A stretch of DNA of 64,000 nt from Auanema rhodensis (Eukaryota > Animalia > Nematoda), in assembly GCA_964057225.1 (NCBI GenBank), contig OZ059895.1:7006001-7070000 (forward strand). Direction: 5' to 3'. The notes under the pieces are model-generated. The model did no database searches, had not been told where the DNA came from, and was given only the letters and a program-made list of their open reading frames with translations. Each line of letters opens with the position of its first letter. The stretch's first letter is position 1. Positions 37,901-52,900 of this stretch are shown one piece after another. The translations under genes and the position numbers were made by a program.

Positions 37901-40900
37901 ACCCAAGTTTGAGGTACTTTGATGATTCAACAAGGGTTACACCTGATGTTGAACTAAATTTTGGAAAGCTCACTATATGTGAGCAACATTGATATTCCAT
38001 CTCTCTGAAGATTCGGAAGCTTGTCTATCTCTTTACCGGAAACTTTTATTGTTCAGACAATCTCAGTCTAGAGTTTTGAATGTTCTTCTGAACAGGAATA
38101 CGGTGCACGTGCCATTTGCCTTGGGGTATTCATCTTCATGTTTGGTTTAATTACCCAAGTTTGAGGTACTTTGATGATTCAACAAGGGTTACACCTGATG
38201 TTGAACTAAATTTTGGAAAGCTCACTATATGTGAGCAACATTGATATTTCATCTTTCTGAAGATTATGAAGCTTGTCTATCTCTTGACCCAAAATGTTCA
38301 TTGTTCAGACAATCTCAGTCTAGAATTTTGAATGTTCTTCTGAACAGGAATACGGTGCACGTGCCATTTGCCTTGGGGTATTCATCTTCATCTTTGGTTT
38401 AATTACCCAAGTTTGAGGTACTTTGATGATTCAACAAGGGTTACACCTGATGTTGAACTAAATTTTGGAAAGCTCACTATATGTGAGCAACATTGATATT
38501 TCATCTTTCTGAAGATTCTGAAGCTTGTCTATCTCTTGACCCAAAATGTTCATTGTTCAGACAATCTCAGTCTAGAATTTTGAATGTTCTTCTGAACAGG
38601 AATACGGTGCACGTGCCATTTGCCTTGGGGTATTCATCTTCATCTTTGGTTTAATTACCCAAGTTTGAGGTACTTTGATGATTCAACAAGGGTTACACCT
38701 GATGTTGAACTAAATTTTGGAAAGCTCACTATATGTGAGCAACATTGATATTTCATCTTTCTGAAGATTCTGAAGCTTGTCTATCTCTTGACCCAAAATG
38801 TTCATTGTTCAGACAATCTCAGTCTAGAGTTTTGAATGTTCTTCTGAACAGGAATACGGTGCACGTGCCATTTGCCTTGGGGTATTCATCTTCATCTTTG
38901 GTTTAATTACCCAAGTTTGAGGTACTTTGATGATTCAACAAGGGTTACACCTGATGTTGAACTAAATTTTGGAAAGCTCACTATATGTGAGCAACATTGA
39001 TATTCCATCTCTCTGAAGATTCTGAAGCTTGTCTATCTCTTGACCCAAAATGTTCATTGTTCAGACAATCTCAGTCTAGAGTTTTGAATGTTCTTCTGAA
39101 CAGGAATACGGTGCACGTGCCATTTGCCTTGGGGTATTCATCTTCATCTTTGGTTTAATTACCCAAGTTTGAGGTACTTTGATGATTCAACAAGGGTTAC
39201 ACCTGATGTTGAACTAAATTTTGGAAAGCTCACTATATGTGAGCAACATTGATATTTCATCTTTCTGAAGATTCTGAAGCTTGTCTATCTCTTGACCCAA
39301 AATGTTCATTGTTCAGACAATCTCAGTCTAGAGTTTTGAATGTTTTTCTGAACAGGAATACGGTGCACGTGCCATTTGCCTTGGGGTATTCATCTACATC
39401 TTTGGTTTAATTACCCAAGTTTGAGGTACTTTGATGATTCAACAAGGGTTACACCTGATGTTGAACTAAATTTTGGAAAGCTCACTATATGTGAGCAACA
39501 TTGATATTTCATCTTTCTGAAGATTCTGAAGCTTGTCTATCTCTTGACCGAAAATGTTCATTGTTCAGACAATCTCAGTCTAGAATTTTGAATGTTCTTC
39601 TGAACAGGAATACGGTGCACGTGCCATTTGCCTTGGGGTATTCATCTTCATCTTTGGTTTAATTACCCAAGTTTGAGGTACTTTGATGATTCAACAAGAG
39701 TTACACCTGATGTTGAACTAAATTTTGGAAAGCTCACTCTATGTGAGCAACATTGATATTTCATCTTTCTGAAGATTCTGAAGCTTGTCTATCTCTTGAC
39801 CGAAAATGTTCATTGTTCAGACAATCTCAGTCTAGAGTTTTGAATGTTCTTCTGAACAGGAATACGGTGCACGTGCCACTTGCCTTGGGTTATTCATCAT
39901 CATATTTGGTTTAATTACCCAAGTTTGAGGTACTTTGATGATTCAACAAGGGTTACACCTGATGTTGAACTAAATTTTGGAAAGCTCACTATATGTGAGC
40001 AACATTGATATTTCATCTTTCTGAAGATTATGAAGCTTGTCTATCTCTTGACCCAAAATGTTCATTGTTCAGACAATCTCAGTCTAGAATTTTGAATGTT
40101 CTTCTGAACAGGAATACGGTGCACGTGCCATTTGCCTTAGGGTATTCATCTTCATCTTTGGTTTAATTACCCAAGTTTGAGGTACTTTGATGATTCAACA
40201 AGGGTTACACCTGATGTTGAACTAAATTTTGGAAAGCTCACTCTATGTGAGCAACATTGATATTTCATCTCTCTGAAGATTCTGAAGCTTGTCTATCTCT
40301 TGACCGAAAATGTTCATTGTTCAGAAAATCTCAGTCTAGAGTTTTGAATGTTCTTCTGAACAGGAATACGGTGCACGTGCCATTTGCCTTGGGGTATTCA
40401 TCTTCATCTTTGGTTTAATTACCCAAGTTTGAGGTACTTTGATGATTCAACAAGAGTTACACCTGATGTTGAACTAAATTTTGGAAAGCTCACTATATGT
40501 GAGCAACATTGATATTTCATCTTTCTGAAGATTATGAAGCTTGTCTATCTCTTGACCCAAAATGTTCATTGTTCAGAAAATCTCAGTCTAGAGTTTTGAA
40601 TGTTCTTCTGAACAGGAATACGGTGCACGTGCCATTTGCCTTGGGGTATTCATCTTCATCTTTGGTTTAATTACCCAAGTTTGAGGTACTTTGATGATTC
40701 AACAAGGGTTACACCTGATGTTGAACTAAATTTTGGAAAGCTCACTATATGTGAGCAACATTGATATTTCATCTTTCTGAAGATTATGAAGCTTGTCTAT
40801 CTCTTGACCCAAAATGTTCATTGTTCAGACAATCTCAGTCTAGAATTTTGAATGTTCTTCTGAACAGGAATACGGTGCACGTGCCATTTGCCTTGGGGTA

Positions 40901-43900
40901 TTCATCTTCATCTTTGGTTTAATTACCCAAGTTTGAGGTACTTTGATGATTCAACAAGGGTTACACCTGATGTTGAACTAATATTTCGGAAAGCTCACTA
41001 CATGTGAGCAACATTGATATTTCATCTTTCTGAAGATTCTGAAGCTTGTCTATCTCTTGACCCAAAATGTTCATTGTTCAGACAATCTCAGTCTAGAATT
41101 TTGAATGTTCTTCTGAACAGGAATACGGTGCACGTGCCATTTGCCTTGGGGTATTCATCTTCATCTTTGGTTTAATTACCCAAGTTTGAGGTACTTTGAT
41201 GATTCAACAAGGGTTACACCTGATGTTGAACTAAATTTTGGAAAGCTCACTACATGTGAGCAACATTGATATTTCATCTTTCTGAAGATTCTGAAGCTTG
41301 TCTATCTCTTGACCCAAAATGTTCATTGTTCAGACAATCTCAGTCTAGAATTTTGAATGTTCTTCTGAACAGGAATACGGTGCACGTGCCATTTGCCTTG
41401 GGGTATTCATCTTCATCTTTGGTTTAATTACCCAAGTTTGAGGTACTTTGATGATTCAACAAGGGTTACACCTGATGTTGAACTAAATTTTGGAAAGCTC
41501 ACTATATGTGAGCAACATTGATATTTCATCTTTCTGAAGATTATGAAGCTTGTCTATCTCTTGACCCAAAATGTTCATTGTTCAGACAATCTCAGTCTAG
41601 AATTTTGAATGTTCTTCTGAACAGGAATACGGTGCACGTGCCATTTGCCTTGGGGTATTCATCTTCATCTTTGGTTTAATTACCCAAGTTTGAGGTACTT
41701 TGATGATTCAACAAGGGTTACACCTGATGTTGAACTAAATTTTGGAAAGCTCACTATATGTGAGCAACATTGATATTTCATCTTTCTGAAGATTCTGAAG
41801 CTTGTCTATCTCTTGACCGAAAATGTTCATTGTTCAGACAATCTCAGTCTAGAATTTTGAATGTTCTTCTGAACAGGAATACGGTGCACGTGCCATTTGC
41901 CTTGGGGTATTCATCTTCATCTTTGGTTTAATTACCCAAGTTTGAGGTACTTTGATGATTCAACAAGGGTTACACCTGATGTTGAACTAAATTTTGGAAA
42001 GCTCACTATATGTGAGCAACATTGATATTTCATCTTTCTGAAGATTCTGAAGCTTGTCTATCTCTTGACCCAAAATGTTCATTGTTCAGACAATCTCAGT
42101 CTAGAGTTTTGAAGGTTCTTCTGAACAGGAATACGGTGCACGTGCCATTTGCCTTGGGGTATTCAACTTCATTTTTGGTTTAATTACCCAAGTTTGAGGT
42201 ACTTTGATGATTCAACAAGGGTTACACCTGATGTTGAACTAAATTTTGGAAAGCTCACTATATGTGAGCAACATTGATATTTCATCTTTCTGAAGATTCT
42301 GAAGCTTGTCTATCTCTTGACCCAAAATGTTCATTGTTCAGACAATCTCAGTCTAGAGTTTTGAATGTTTTTCTGAACAGGAATACGGTGCACGTGCCAT
42401 TTGCCTTGGGGTATTCATCTTCATGTTTGGTTTAATTACCCAAGTTTGAGGTACTTTGATGATTCAACAAGGGTTACACCTGATGTTGAACTAAATTTTG
42501 GAAAGCTCACTATATGTGAGCAACATTGATATTTCATCTTTCTGAAGATTATGAAGCTTGTCTATCTCTTGACCGAAAATGTTCATTGTTCAGACAATCT
42601 CAGTCTAGAATTTTGAATGTTCTTCTGAACAGGAATACGGTGCACGTGCCATTTGCCTTGGGGTATTCATCTTCATCTTTGGTTTAATTACCCAAGTTTG
42701 AGGTACTTTGATGATTCAACAAGGGTTACACCTGATGTTGAACTAAATTTTGGAAAGCTCACTATATGTGAGCAACATTGATATTTCATCTTTCTGAAGA
42801 TTCTGAAGCTTGTCTATCTCTTGACCGAAAATGTTCATTGTTCAGAAAATCTCAGTCTAGAGTTTTGAATGTTCTTCTGAACAGGAATACGGTGCACGTG
42901 CCATTTGCCTTGGGGTATTCATCTTCATCTTTGGTTTAATTACCCAAGTTTGAGGTACTTTGATGATTCAACAAGGGTTACACCTGATGTTGAACTAAAT
43001 TTTGGAAAGCTCACTATATGTGAGCAACATTGATATTTCATCTTTCTGAAGATTCTGAAGCTTGTCTATCTCTTGACCCAAAATGTTCATTGTTCAGACA
43101 ATCTCAGTCTAGAGTTTTGAATGTTCTTCTGAACAGGAATACGGTGCACGTGCCATTTACCTTGGGGTATTCATCTTCATCTTTGGTTTAATTACCCAAG
43201 TTTGAGGTACTTTGATGATTCAACAAGGGTTACACCTGATGTTGAACTAAATTTTGGAAAGCTCACTATATGTGAGCAACATTGATATTTCATCTTTCTG
43301 AAGATTCTGAAGCTTGTCTATCTCTTGACCCAAAATGTTCATTGTTCAGACAATCTCAGTCTAGAATTTTGAATGTTCTTCTGAACAGGAATACGGTGCA
43401 CGTGCCATTTGCCTTGGGGTATTCATCTTCATGTTTGGTTTAATTACCCAAGTTTGAGGTACTTTGATGATTCAACAAGGGTTACACCTGATGTTGAACT
43501 AAATTTTGGAAAGCTCACTATATGTGAGCAACATTGATATTTCATCTTTCTGAAGATTCTGAAGCTTGTCTATCTCTTGACCCAAAATGTTCATTGTTCA
43601 GACAATCTCAGTCTAGAGTTTTGAATGTTTTTCTGAACAGGAATACGGTGCACGTGCCATTTGCCTTGGGGTATTCATCTACATCTTTGGTTTAATTACC
43701 CAAGTTTGAGGTACTTTGATGATTCAACAAGGGTTACACCTGATGTTGAACTAAATTTTGGAATGCTCACTATATGTGAGCAACATTGATATTTCATCTT
43801 TCTGAAGATTCTGAAGCTTGTCTATCTCTTGACCGAAAATGTTCATTGTTTAGTCAATCACAGTCTAGAGTTTTGAATGTTCTTCTGAGCAGGAATACGG

Positions 43901-46900
43901 TGACCGTGCCATTTGCCTTGGGGTATTCATCTTCATCTTTGGTTTAATTACCCAAGTTTGAGGTACTTTGATGATTCAACAAGGGTTACACCTGATGTTG
44001 AACTAAATTTTGGAAAGCTCACTATATGTGAGCAACATTGATATTTCATCTTTCTGAAGATTCTGAAGCTTGTCTATCTCTTGACCGAAAATGTTCATTG
44101 TTCAGACAATCTCAGTCTAGAATTTTGAATGTTCTTCTGAACAGGAATACGGTGCACGTGCCATTTGCCTTGGGGTATTCATCTTCATCTTTGGTTTAAT
44201 TACCCAAGTTTGAGGTACTTTGATGATTCAACAAGGGTTACACCTGATGTTGAACTAAATTTTGGAAAGCTCACTATATGTGAGCAACATTGATATTCCA
44301 TCTTTCTGAAGATTCTGAAGCTTGTCTATCTCTTGACCGAAAATGTTCATTGTTCAGACAATCTCAGTCTAGAATTTTGAATGTTCTTCTGAACAGGAAT
44401 ACGGTGCACGTGCCATTTGCCTTGGGGTATTCATCTTCATCTTTGGTTTAATTACCCAAGTTTGAGGTACTTTGATGATTCAACAAGGGTTACACCTGAT
44501 GTTGAACTAAATTTTGGAAAGCTCACTATATGTGAGCAACATTGATATTCCATCTTTCTGAAGATTCTGAAGCTTGTCTATCTCTTGACCGAAAATGTTC
44601 ATTGTTCAGACAATCTCAGTCTAGAATTTTGAATGTTCTTCTGAACAGGAATACGGTGCACGTGCCATTTGCCTTGGGGTATTCATCTACATCTTTGGTT
44701 TAATTACCCAAGTTTGAGGTACTTTGATGATTCAACAAGGGTTACACCTGATGTTGAACTAAATTTTGGAAAGCTCACTATATGTGAGCAACATTGATAT
44801 TTCATCTTTCTGAAGATTCTGAAGCTTGTCTATCCCTTGACCCAAAATGTTCATTGTTTAGTCAATCACAGTCTAGAGTTTTGAATGTTCTTCTGAGCAG
44901 GAATACGGTGACCGTGCCATTTGCCTTGGGGTATTCATCTTCATCTTTGGTTTAATTACCCAAGTTTGAGGTACTTTGATGATTCAACAAGGGTTACACC
45001 TGATGTTGAACTAAATTTTGGAAAGCTCACTATATGTGAGCAACATTGATATTTCATCTTTCTGAAGATTCTGAAGCTTGTCTATCTCTTGACCCAAAAT
45101 GTTCATTGTTCAGACAATCTCAGTCTAGAGTTTTGAATGTTTTTCTGAACAGGAATACGGTGCACGTGCCATTTGCCTTGGGGTATTCATCTACATCTTT
45201 GGTTTAATTACCCAAGTTTGAGGTACTTTGATGATTCAACAAGGGTTACACCTGATGTTGAACTAAATTTTGGAAAGCTCACTATATGTGAGCAACATTG
45301 ATATTCCATCTTTCTGAAGATTCTGAAGCTTGTCTATCTCTTGACCGAAAATGTTCATTGTTCAGACAATCTCAGTCTAGAATTTTGAATGTTCTTCTGA
45401 ACAGGAATACGGTGCACGTGCCATTTGCCTTGGGGTATTCATCTACATCTTTGGTTTAATTACCCAAGTTTGAGGTACTTTGATGATTCAACAAGGGTTA
45501 CACCTGATGTTGAACTAAATTTTGGAAAGCTCACTATATGTGAGCAACATTGATATTTCATCTTTCTGAAGATTCTGAAGCTTGTCTATCCCTTGACCCA
45601 AAATGTTCATTGTTTAGTCAATCACAGTCTAGAGTTTTGAATGTTCTTCTGAGCAGGAATACGGTGACCGTGCCATTTGCCTTGGGGTATTCATCTTCAT
45701 CTTTGGTTTAATTACCCAAGTTTGAGGTACTTTGATGATTCAACAAGGGTTACACCTGATGTTGAACTAAATTTTGGAAAGCTCACTATATGTGAGCAAC
45801 ATTGATATTTCATCTTTCTGAAGATTCTGAAGCTTGTCTATCTCTTGACCGAAAATGTTCATTGTTCAGACAATCTCAGTCTAGAATTTTGAATGTTCTT
45901 CTGAACAGGAATACGGTGCACGTGCCATTTGCCTTGGGGTATTCATCTTCATGTTTGGTTTAATTACCCAAGTTTGAGGTACTTTGATGATTCAACAAGG
46001 GTTACACCTGATGTTGAACTAAATTTTGGAAAGCTCACTATATGTGAGCAACATTGATATTTCATCTTTCTGAAGATTCTGAAGCTTGTCTATCTCTTGA
46101 CCCAAAATGTTCATTGTTCAGACAATCTCAGTCTAGAGTTTTGAATGTTTTTCTGAACAGGAATACGGTGCACGTGCCATTTGCCTTGGGGTATTCATCT
46201 ACATCTTTGGTTTAATTACCCAAGTTTGAGGTACTTTGATGATTCAACAAGGGTTACACCTGATTTTGAACGAAATTTTGGAAAGCTCACTATATGTGAG
46301 CAACATTGATATTTCATCTTTCTGAAGATTCTGAAGCTTGTCTATCTCTTGACCCAAAATGTTCATTGTTCAGACAATCTCAGTCTAGAGTTTTGAATGT
46401 TCTTCTGAACAGGAATACGGTGCACGTGCCATTTGCCTTGGGGTATTCATCTTCATCTTTGGTTTAATTACCCAAGCTTGAGGTACTTTGATGATTCAAC
46501 AAGGGTTACACCTGATGTTGAACGAAATTTTGGAAAGCTCACTATATGTGAGCAACATTGATATTTCATCTTTCTGAAGATTCTGAAGCTTGTCTATCTC
46601 TTGACCCAAAATGTTCATTGTTCAGACAATCTCAGTCTAGAGTTTTGAATGTTTTTCTGAACAGGAATACGGTGCACGTGCCATTTGCCTTGGGGTATTC
46701 ATCTTCATCTTTGGTTTAATTACCCAAGTTTGAGGTACTTTGATGGTTCAACAAGGGTTACACCTGATGTTGAACTAAATTTTGGAAAGCTCACTATATG
46801 TGAGCAACATTGATATTTCATCTTTCTGAAGATTCTGAAGCTTGTCTATCTCTTGACCCAAAATGTTCATTGTTCAGACAATCTCAGTCTAGAGTTTTGA

Positions 46901-49900
46901 ATGTTCTTCTGAACAGGAATACGGTGCACGTGCCATTTACCTTGGGGTATTCATCTTCATCTTTGGTTTAATTACCCAAGTTTGAGGTACTTTGATGATT
47001 CAACAAGGGTTACACCTGATGTTGAACTAAATTTTGGAAAGCTCACTATATGTGAGCAACATTGATATTTCATCTTTCTGAAGATTCTGAAGCTTGTCTA
47101 TCTCTTGACCCAAAATGTTCATTGTTCAGACAATCTCAGTCTAGAATTTTGAATGTTCTTCTGAACAGGAATACGGTGCACGTGCCATTTGCCTTGGGGT
47201 ATTCATCTTCATCTTTGGTTTAATTACCCAAGTTTGAGGTACTTTGATGATTCAACAAGGGTTACACCTGATGTTGAACTAAATTTTGGAAAGCTCACTA
47301 TATGTGAGCAACATTGATATTTCATCTTTCTGAAGATTCTGAAGCTTGTCTATCTCTTGACCCAAAATGTTCATTGTTCAGACAATCTCAGTCTAGAGTT
47401 TTGAATGTTTTTCTGAACAGGAATACGGTGCACGTGCCATTTGCCTTGGGGTATTCATCTACATATTTGGTTTAATTACCCAAGTTTGAGGTACTTTGAT
47501 GATTCAACAAGGGTTACACCTGATGTTGAACTAAATTTTGGAAAGCTCACTATATGTGAGCAACATTGATATTCCATCTTTCTGAAGATTCTGAAGCTTG
47601 TCTATCTCTTGACCGAAAATGTTCATTGTTCAGACAATCTCAGTCTAGAATTTTGAATGTTCTTCTGAACAGGAATACGGTGCACGTGCCATTTGCCTTG
47701 GGGTATTCATCTACATCTTTGGTTTAATTACCCAAGTTTGAGGTACTTTGATGATTCAACAAGGGTTACACCTGATGTTGAACTAAATTTTGGAAAGCTC
47801 ACTATATGTGAGCAACATTGATATTTCATCTTTCTGAAGATTCTGAAGCTTGTCTATCCCTTGACCCAAAATGTTCATTGTTTAGTCAATCACAGTCTAG
47901 AGTTTTGAATGTTCTTCTGAGCAGGAATACGGTGACCGTGCCATTTGCCTTGGGGTATTCATCTTCATCTTTGGTTTAATTACCCAAGTTTGAGGTACTT
48001 TGATGATTCAACAAGGGTTACACCTGATGTTGAACTAAATTTTGGAAAGCTCACTATATGTGAGCAACATTGATATTTCATCTTTCTGAAGATTCTGAAG
48101 CTTGTCTATCTCTTGACCGAAAATGTTCATTGTTCAGACAATCTCAGTCTAGAATTTTGAATGTTCTTCTGAACAGGAATACGGTGCACGTGCCATTTGC
48201 CTTGGGGTATTCATCTTCATGTTTGGTTTAATTACCCAAGTTTGAGGTACTTTGATGATTCAACAAGGGTTACACCTGATGTTGAACTAAATTTTGGAAA
48301 GCTCACTATATGTGAGCAACATTGATATTTCATCTTTCTGAAGATTCTGAAGCTTGTCTATCTCTTGACCCAAAATGTTCATTGTTCAGACAATCTCAGT
48401 CTAGAGTTTTGAATGTTTTTCTGAACAGGAATACGGTGCACGTGCCATTTGCCTTGGGGTATTCATCTACATCTTTGGTTTAATTACCCAAGTTTGAGGT
48501 ACTTTGATGATTCAACAAGGGTTACACCTGATGTTGAACTAAATTTTGGAAAGCTCACTATATGTGAGCAACATTGATATTCCATCTTTCTGAAGATTCT
48601 GAAGCTTGTCTATCTCTTGACCGAAAATGTTCATTGTTCAGACAATCTCAGTCTAGAATTTTGAATGTTCTTCTGAACAGGAATACGGTGCACGTGCCAT
48701 TTGCCTTGGGGTATTCATCTACATCTTTGGTTTAATTACCCAAGTTTGAGGTACTTTGATGATTCAACAAGGGTTACACCTGATGTTGAACTAAATTTTG
48801 GAAAGCTCACTATATGTGAGCAACATTGATATTTCATCTTTCTGAAGATTCTGAAGCTTGTCTATCCCTTGACCCAAAATGTTCATTGTTTAGTCAATCA
48901 CAGTCTAGAGTTTTGAATGTTCTTCTGAGCAGGAATACGGTGACCGTGCCATTTGCCTTGGGGTATTCATCTTCATCTTTGGTTTAATTACCCAAGTTTG
49001 AGGTACTTTGATGATTCAACAAGGGTTACACCTGATGTTGAACTAAATTTTGGAAAGCTCACTATATGTGAGCAACATTGATATTTCATCTTTCTGAAGA
49101 TTCTGAAGCTTGTCTATCTCTTGACCCAAAATGTTCATTGTTCAGACAATCTCAGTCTAGAATTTTGAATGTTCTTCTGAACAGGAATACGGTGCACGTG
49201 CCATTTGCCTTGGGGTATTCATCTTCATGTTTGGTTTAATTACCCAAGTTTGAGGTACTTTGATGATTCAACAAGGGTTACACCTGATGTTGAACTAAAT
49301 TTTGGAAAGCTCACTATATGTGAGCAACATTGATATTTCATCTTTCTGAAGATTCTGAAGCTTGTCTATCTCTTGACCCAAAATGTTCATTGTTCAGACA
49401 ATCTCAGTCTAGAGTTTTGAATGTTTTTCTGAACAGGAATACGGTGCACGTGCCATTTGCCTTGGGGTATTCATCTACATCTTTGGTTTAATTACCCAAG
49501 TTTGAGGTACTTTGATGATTCAACAAGGGTTACACCTGATGTTGAACGAAATTTTGGAAAGCTCACTATATGTGAGCAACATTGATATTTCATTTTTCTG
49601 AAGATTCTGAAGCTTGTCTATCTCTTGACCCAAAATGTTCATTGTTCAGACAATCTCAGTCTAGAGTTTTGAATGTTCTTCTGAACAGGAATACGGTGCA
49701 CGTGCCATTTGCCTTGGGGTATTCATCTTCATCTTTGGTTTAATTACCCAAGCTTGAGGTACTTTGATGATTCAACAAGGGTTACACCTGATGTTGAACG
49801 AAATTTTGGAAAGCTCACTATATGTGAGCAACATTGATATTTCATCTTTCTGAAGATTCTGAAGCTTGTCTATCTCTTGACCCAAAATGTTCATTGTTCA

Positions 49901-52900
49901 GACAATCTCAGTCTAGAGTTTTGAATGTTTTTCTGAACAGGAATACGGTGCACGTGCCATTTGCCTTGGGGTATTCATCTACATCTTTGGTTTAATTACC
50001 CAAGTTTGAGGTACTTTGATGATTCAACAAGGGTTACACCTGATGTTGAACGAAATTTTGGAAAGCTCACTATATGTGAGCAACATTGATATTTCATCTT
50101 TCTGAAGATTCTGAAGCTTGTCTATCTCTTGACCCAAAATGTTCATTGTTCAGACAATCTCAGTCTAGAGTTTTGAATGTTCTTCTGAACAGGAATACGG
50201 TGCACGTGCCATTTGCCTTGGGGTATTCATCTTCATCTTTGGTTTAATTACCCAAGCTTGAGGTACTTTGATGATTCAACAAGGGTTACACCTGATGTTG
50301 AACTAAATTTTGGAAAGCTCACTCTATGTGAGCAACATTGATATTTCATCTTTCTGAAGATTCTGAAGCTTGTCTATCTCTTGAACGAAAATGTTCATTG
50401 TTCAGACAATCTCAGTCCAGAATTTTGAATGTTCTTCTGAACAGGAATACGGTGCACGTGCCATTTGCCTTGGGGTATTCATCTTCATCTTTGGTTTAAT
50501 TACCCAAGTTTGAGGTACTTTGATGATTCAACAAGGGTTACACCTGATGTTGAACTAAATTTTGGAAAGCTCACTCTATGTGAGCAACATTGATATTTCA
50601 TCTTTCTGAAGATTCTGAAGCTTGTCTATCTCTTGACCGAAAATGTTCATTGTTCAGACAATCTCAGTCTAGAGTTTTGAATGTTCTTCTGAACAGGAAT
50701 ACGGTGCACGTGCCACTTGCCTTGGGTTATTCATCATCATATTTGGTTTAATTACCCAAGTTTGAGGTACTTTGATGATTCAACAAGGGTTACACCTGAT
50801 GTTGAACTAAATTTTGGAAAGCTCACTATATGTGAGCAACATTGATATTTCATCTTTCTGAAGATTCTGAAGCTTGTCTATCTCTTGACCCAAAATGTTC
50901 ATTGTTCAGACAATCTCAGTCTAGAGTTTTGAATGTTTTTCTGAACAGGAATACGGTGCACGTGCCATTTGCCTTGGGGTATTCATCTACATCTTTGGTT
51001 TAATTACCCAAGTTTGAGGTACTTTGATGATTCAACAAGGGTTACACCTGATGTTGAACGAAATTTTGGAAAGCTCACTATATGTGAGCAACATTGATAT
51101 TTCATCTTTCTGAAGATTCTGAAGCTTGTCTATCTCTTGACCCAAAATGTTCATTGTTCAGACAATCTCAGTCTAGAGTTTTGAATGTTCTTCTGAACAG
51201 GAATACGGTGCACGTGCCATTTGCCTTGGGGTATTCATCTTCATCTTTGGTTTAATTACCCAAGCTTGAGGTACTTTGATGATTCAACAAGGGTTACACC
51301 TGATGTTGAACTAAATTTTGGAAAGCTCACTCTATGTGAGCAACATTGATATTTCATCTTTCTGAAGATTCTGAAGCTTGTCTATCTCTTGAACGAAAAT
51401 GTTCATTGTTCAGACAATCTCAGTCCAGAATTTTGAATGTTCTTCTGAACAGGAATACGGTGCACGTGCCATTTGCCTTGGGGTATTCATCTTCATCTTT
51501 GGTTTAATTACCCAAGTTTGAGGTACTTTGATGATTCAACAAGGGTTACACCTGATGTTGAACTAAATTTTGGAAAGCTCACTCTATGTGAGCAACATTG
51601 ATATTTCATCTTTCTGAAGATTCTGAAGCTTGTCTATCTCTTGACCGAAAATGTTCATTGTTCAGACAATCTCAGTCTAGAGTTTTGAATGTTCTTCTGA
51701 ACAGGAATACGGTGCACGTGCCACTTGCCTTGGGTTATTCATCATCATATTTGGTTTAATTACCCAAGTTTGAGGTACTTTGATGATTCAACAAGGGTTA
51801 CACCTGATGTTGAACTAAATTTTGGAAAGCTCACTATATGTGAGCAACATTGATATTTCATCTTTCTGAAGATTCTGAAGCTTGTCTATCTCTTGACCCA
51901 AATTGTTCATTGTTCAGACAATCTCAGTCTAGAATTTTGAATGTTCTTCTGAACAGGAATACGGTGCACGTGCCATTTGCCTTGGGGTGTTCATCTTCAT
52001 CTTTGGTTTAATTACCCAAGTTTGAGGTACTTTGATGATTCAACAAGGGTTACACCTGATGTTGAACTAAATTTTGGAAAGCTCACTATATGTGAGCAAC
52101 ATTGATATTTCATCTTTCTGAAGATTCTGAAGCTTGTCTATCTCTTGACCCAAATTGTTCATTGTTCAGACAATCTCAGTCTAGAATTTTGAATGTTCTT
52201 CTGAACAGGAATACGGTGCACGTGCCATTTGCCTTGGGGTGTTCATCTTCATCTTTGGTTTAATTACCCAAGTTTGAGGTACTTTGATGATTCAACAAGG
52301 GTTACACCTGATGCTGAACTAAATTTTCGAAAGCTGACTATATGTGAGCAACATTGATATTTCATCTTTCTGAAGATTCTGAAGCTTGTCTATCTCTTGA
52401 CCCAAAATGTTCATTGTTCAGACAATCTCAGTCTAGAGTTTTGAATGTTCTTCTGAACAGGAATACGGTGCACGTGCCATTTGCCTTGGGGTATTCATCT
52501 TCATCTTCGGTTTAATTACCCAAGTTTGAGGTACTTTGATGATTCAACAAGGGTTACATCTGATGTTGAACTAAATTTTGGAAAGCTCACTATATGTGAG
52601 CAACATTGATATTTCATCTTTCTGAAGATTCTGAAGCTTGTCTATCCCTTGACCGAAAATGTTCATTGTTCAGTCAATCACAGTCTAGAGTTTTGAATGT
52701 TCTTCTGAACAGGAATACGGTGCACGTGCCATTTGCCTTGGGGTATTCATCTTCATCTTCGGTTTAATTACCCAAGTTTGAGGTACTTTGATGATTCAAC
52801 AAGGGTTACACCTGATGTTGAACTAAATTTTGGAAAGCTGACTATATGTGAGCAACATTGATATTTCATCTTTCTGAAGATTCTGAAGCTTGTCTATCTC

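Noticed and set aside
40984-40992. TTTCGGAAA (reverse complement TTTCCGAAA, like the yeast CDEIII core) plus CACGTG (CDEI-like), or a CENP-B box
   Set aside because: It is a singleton short match with wrong spacing and context, has no AT-rich CDEII, and no TTCGNNNNANNCGGG motif was seen.
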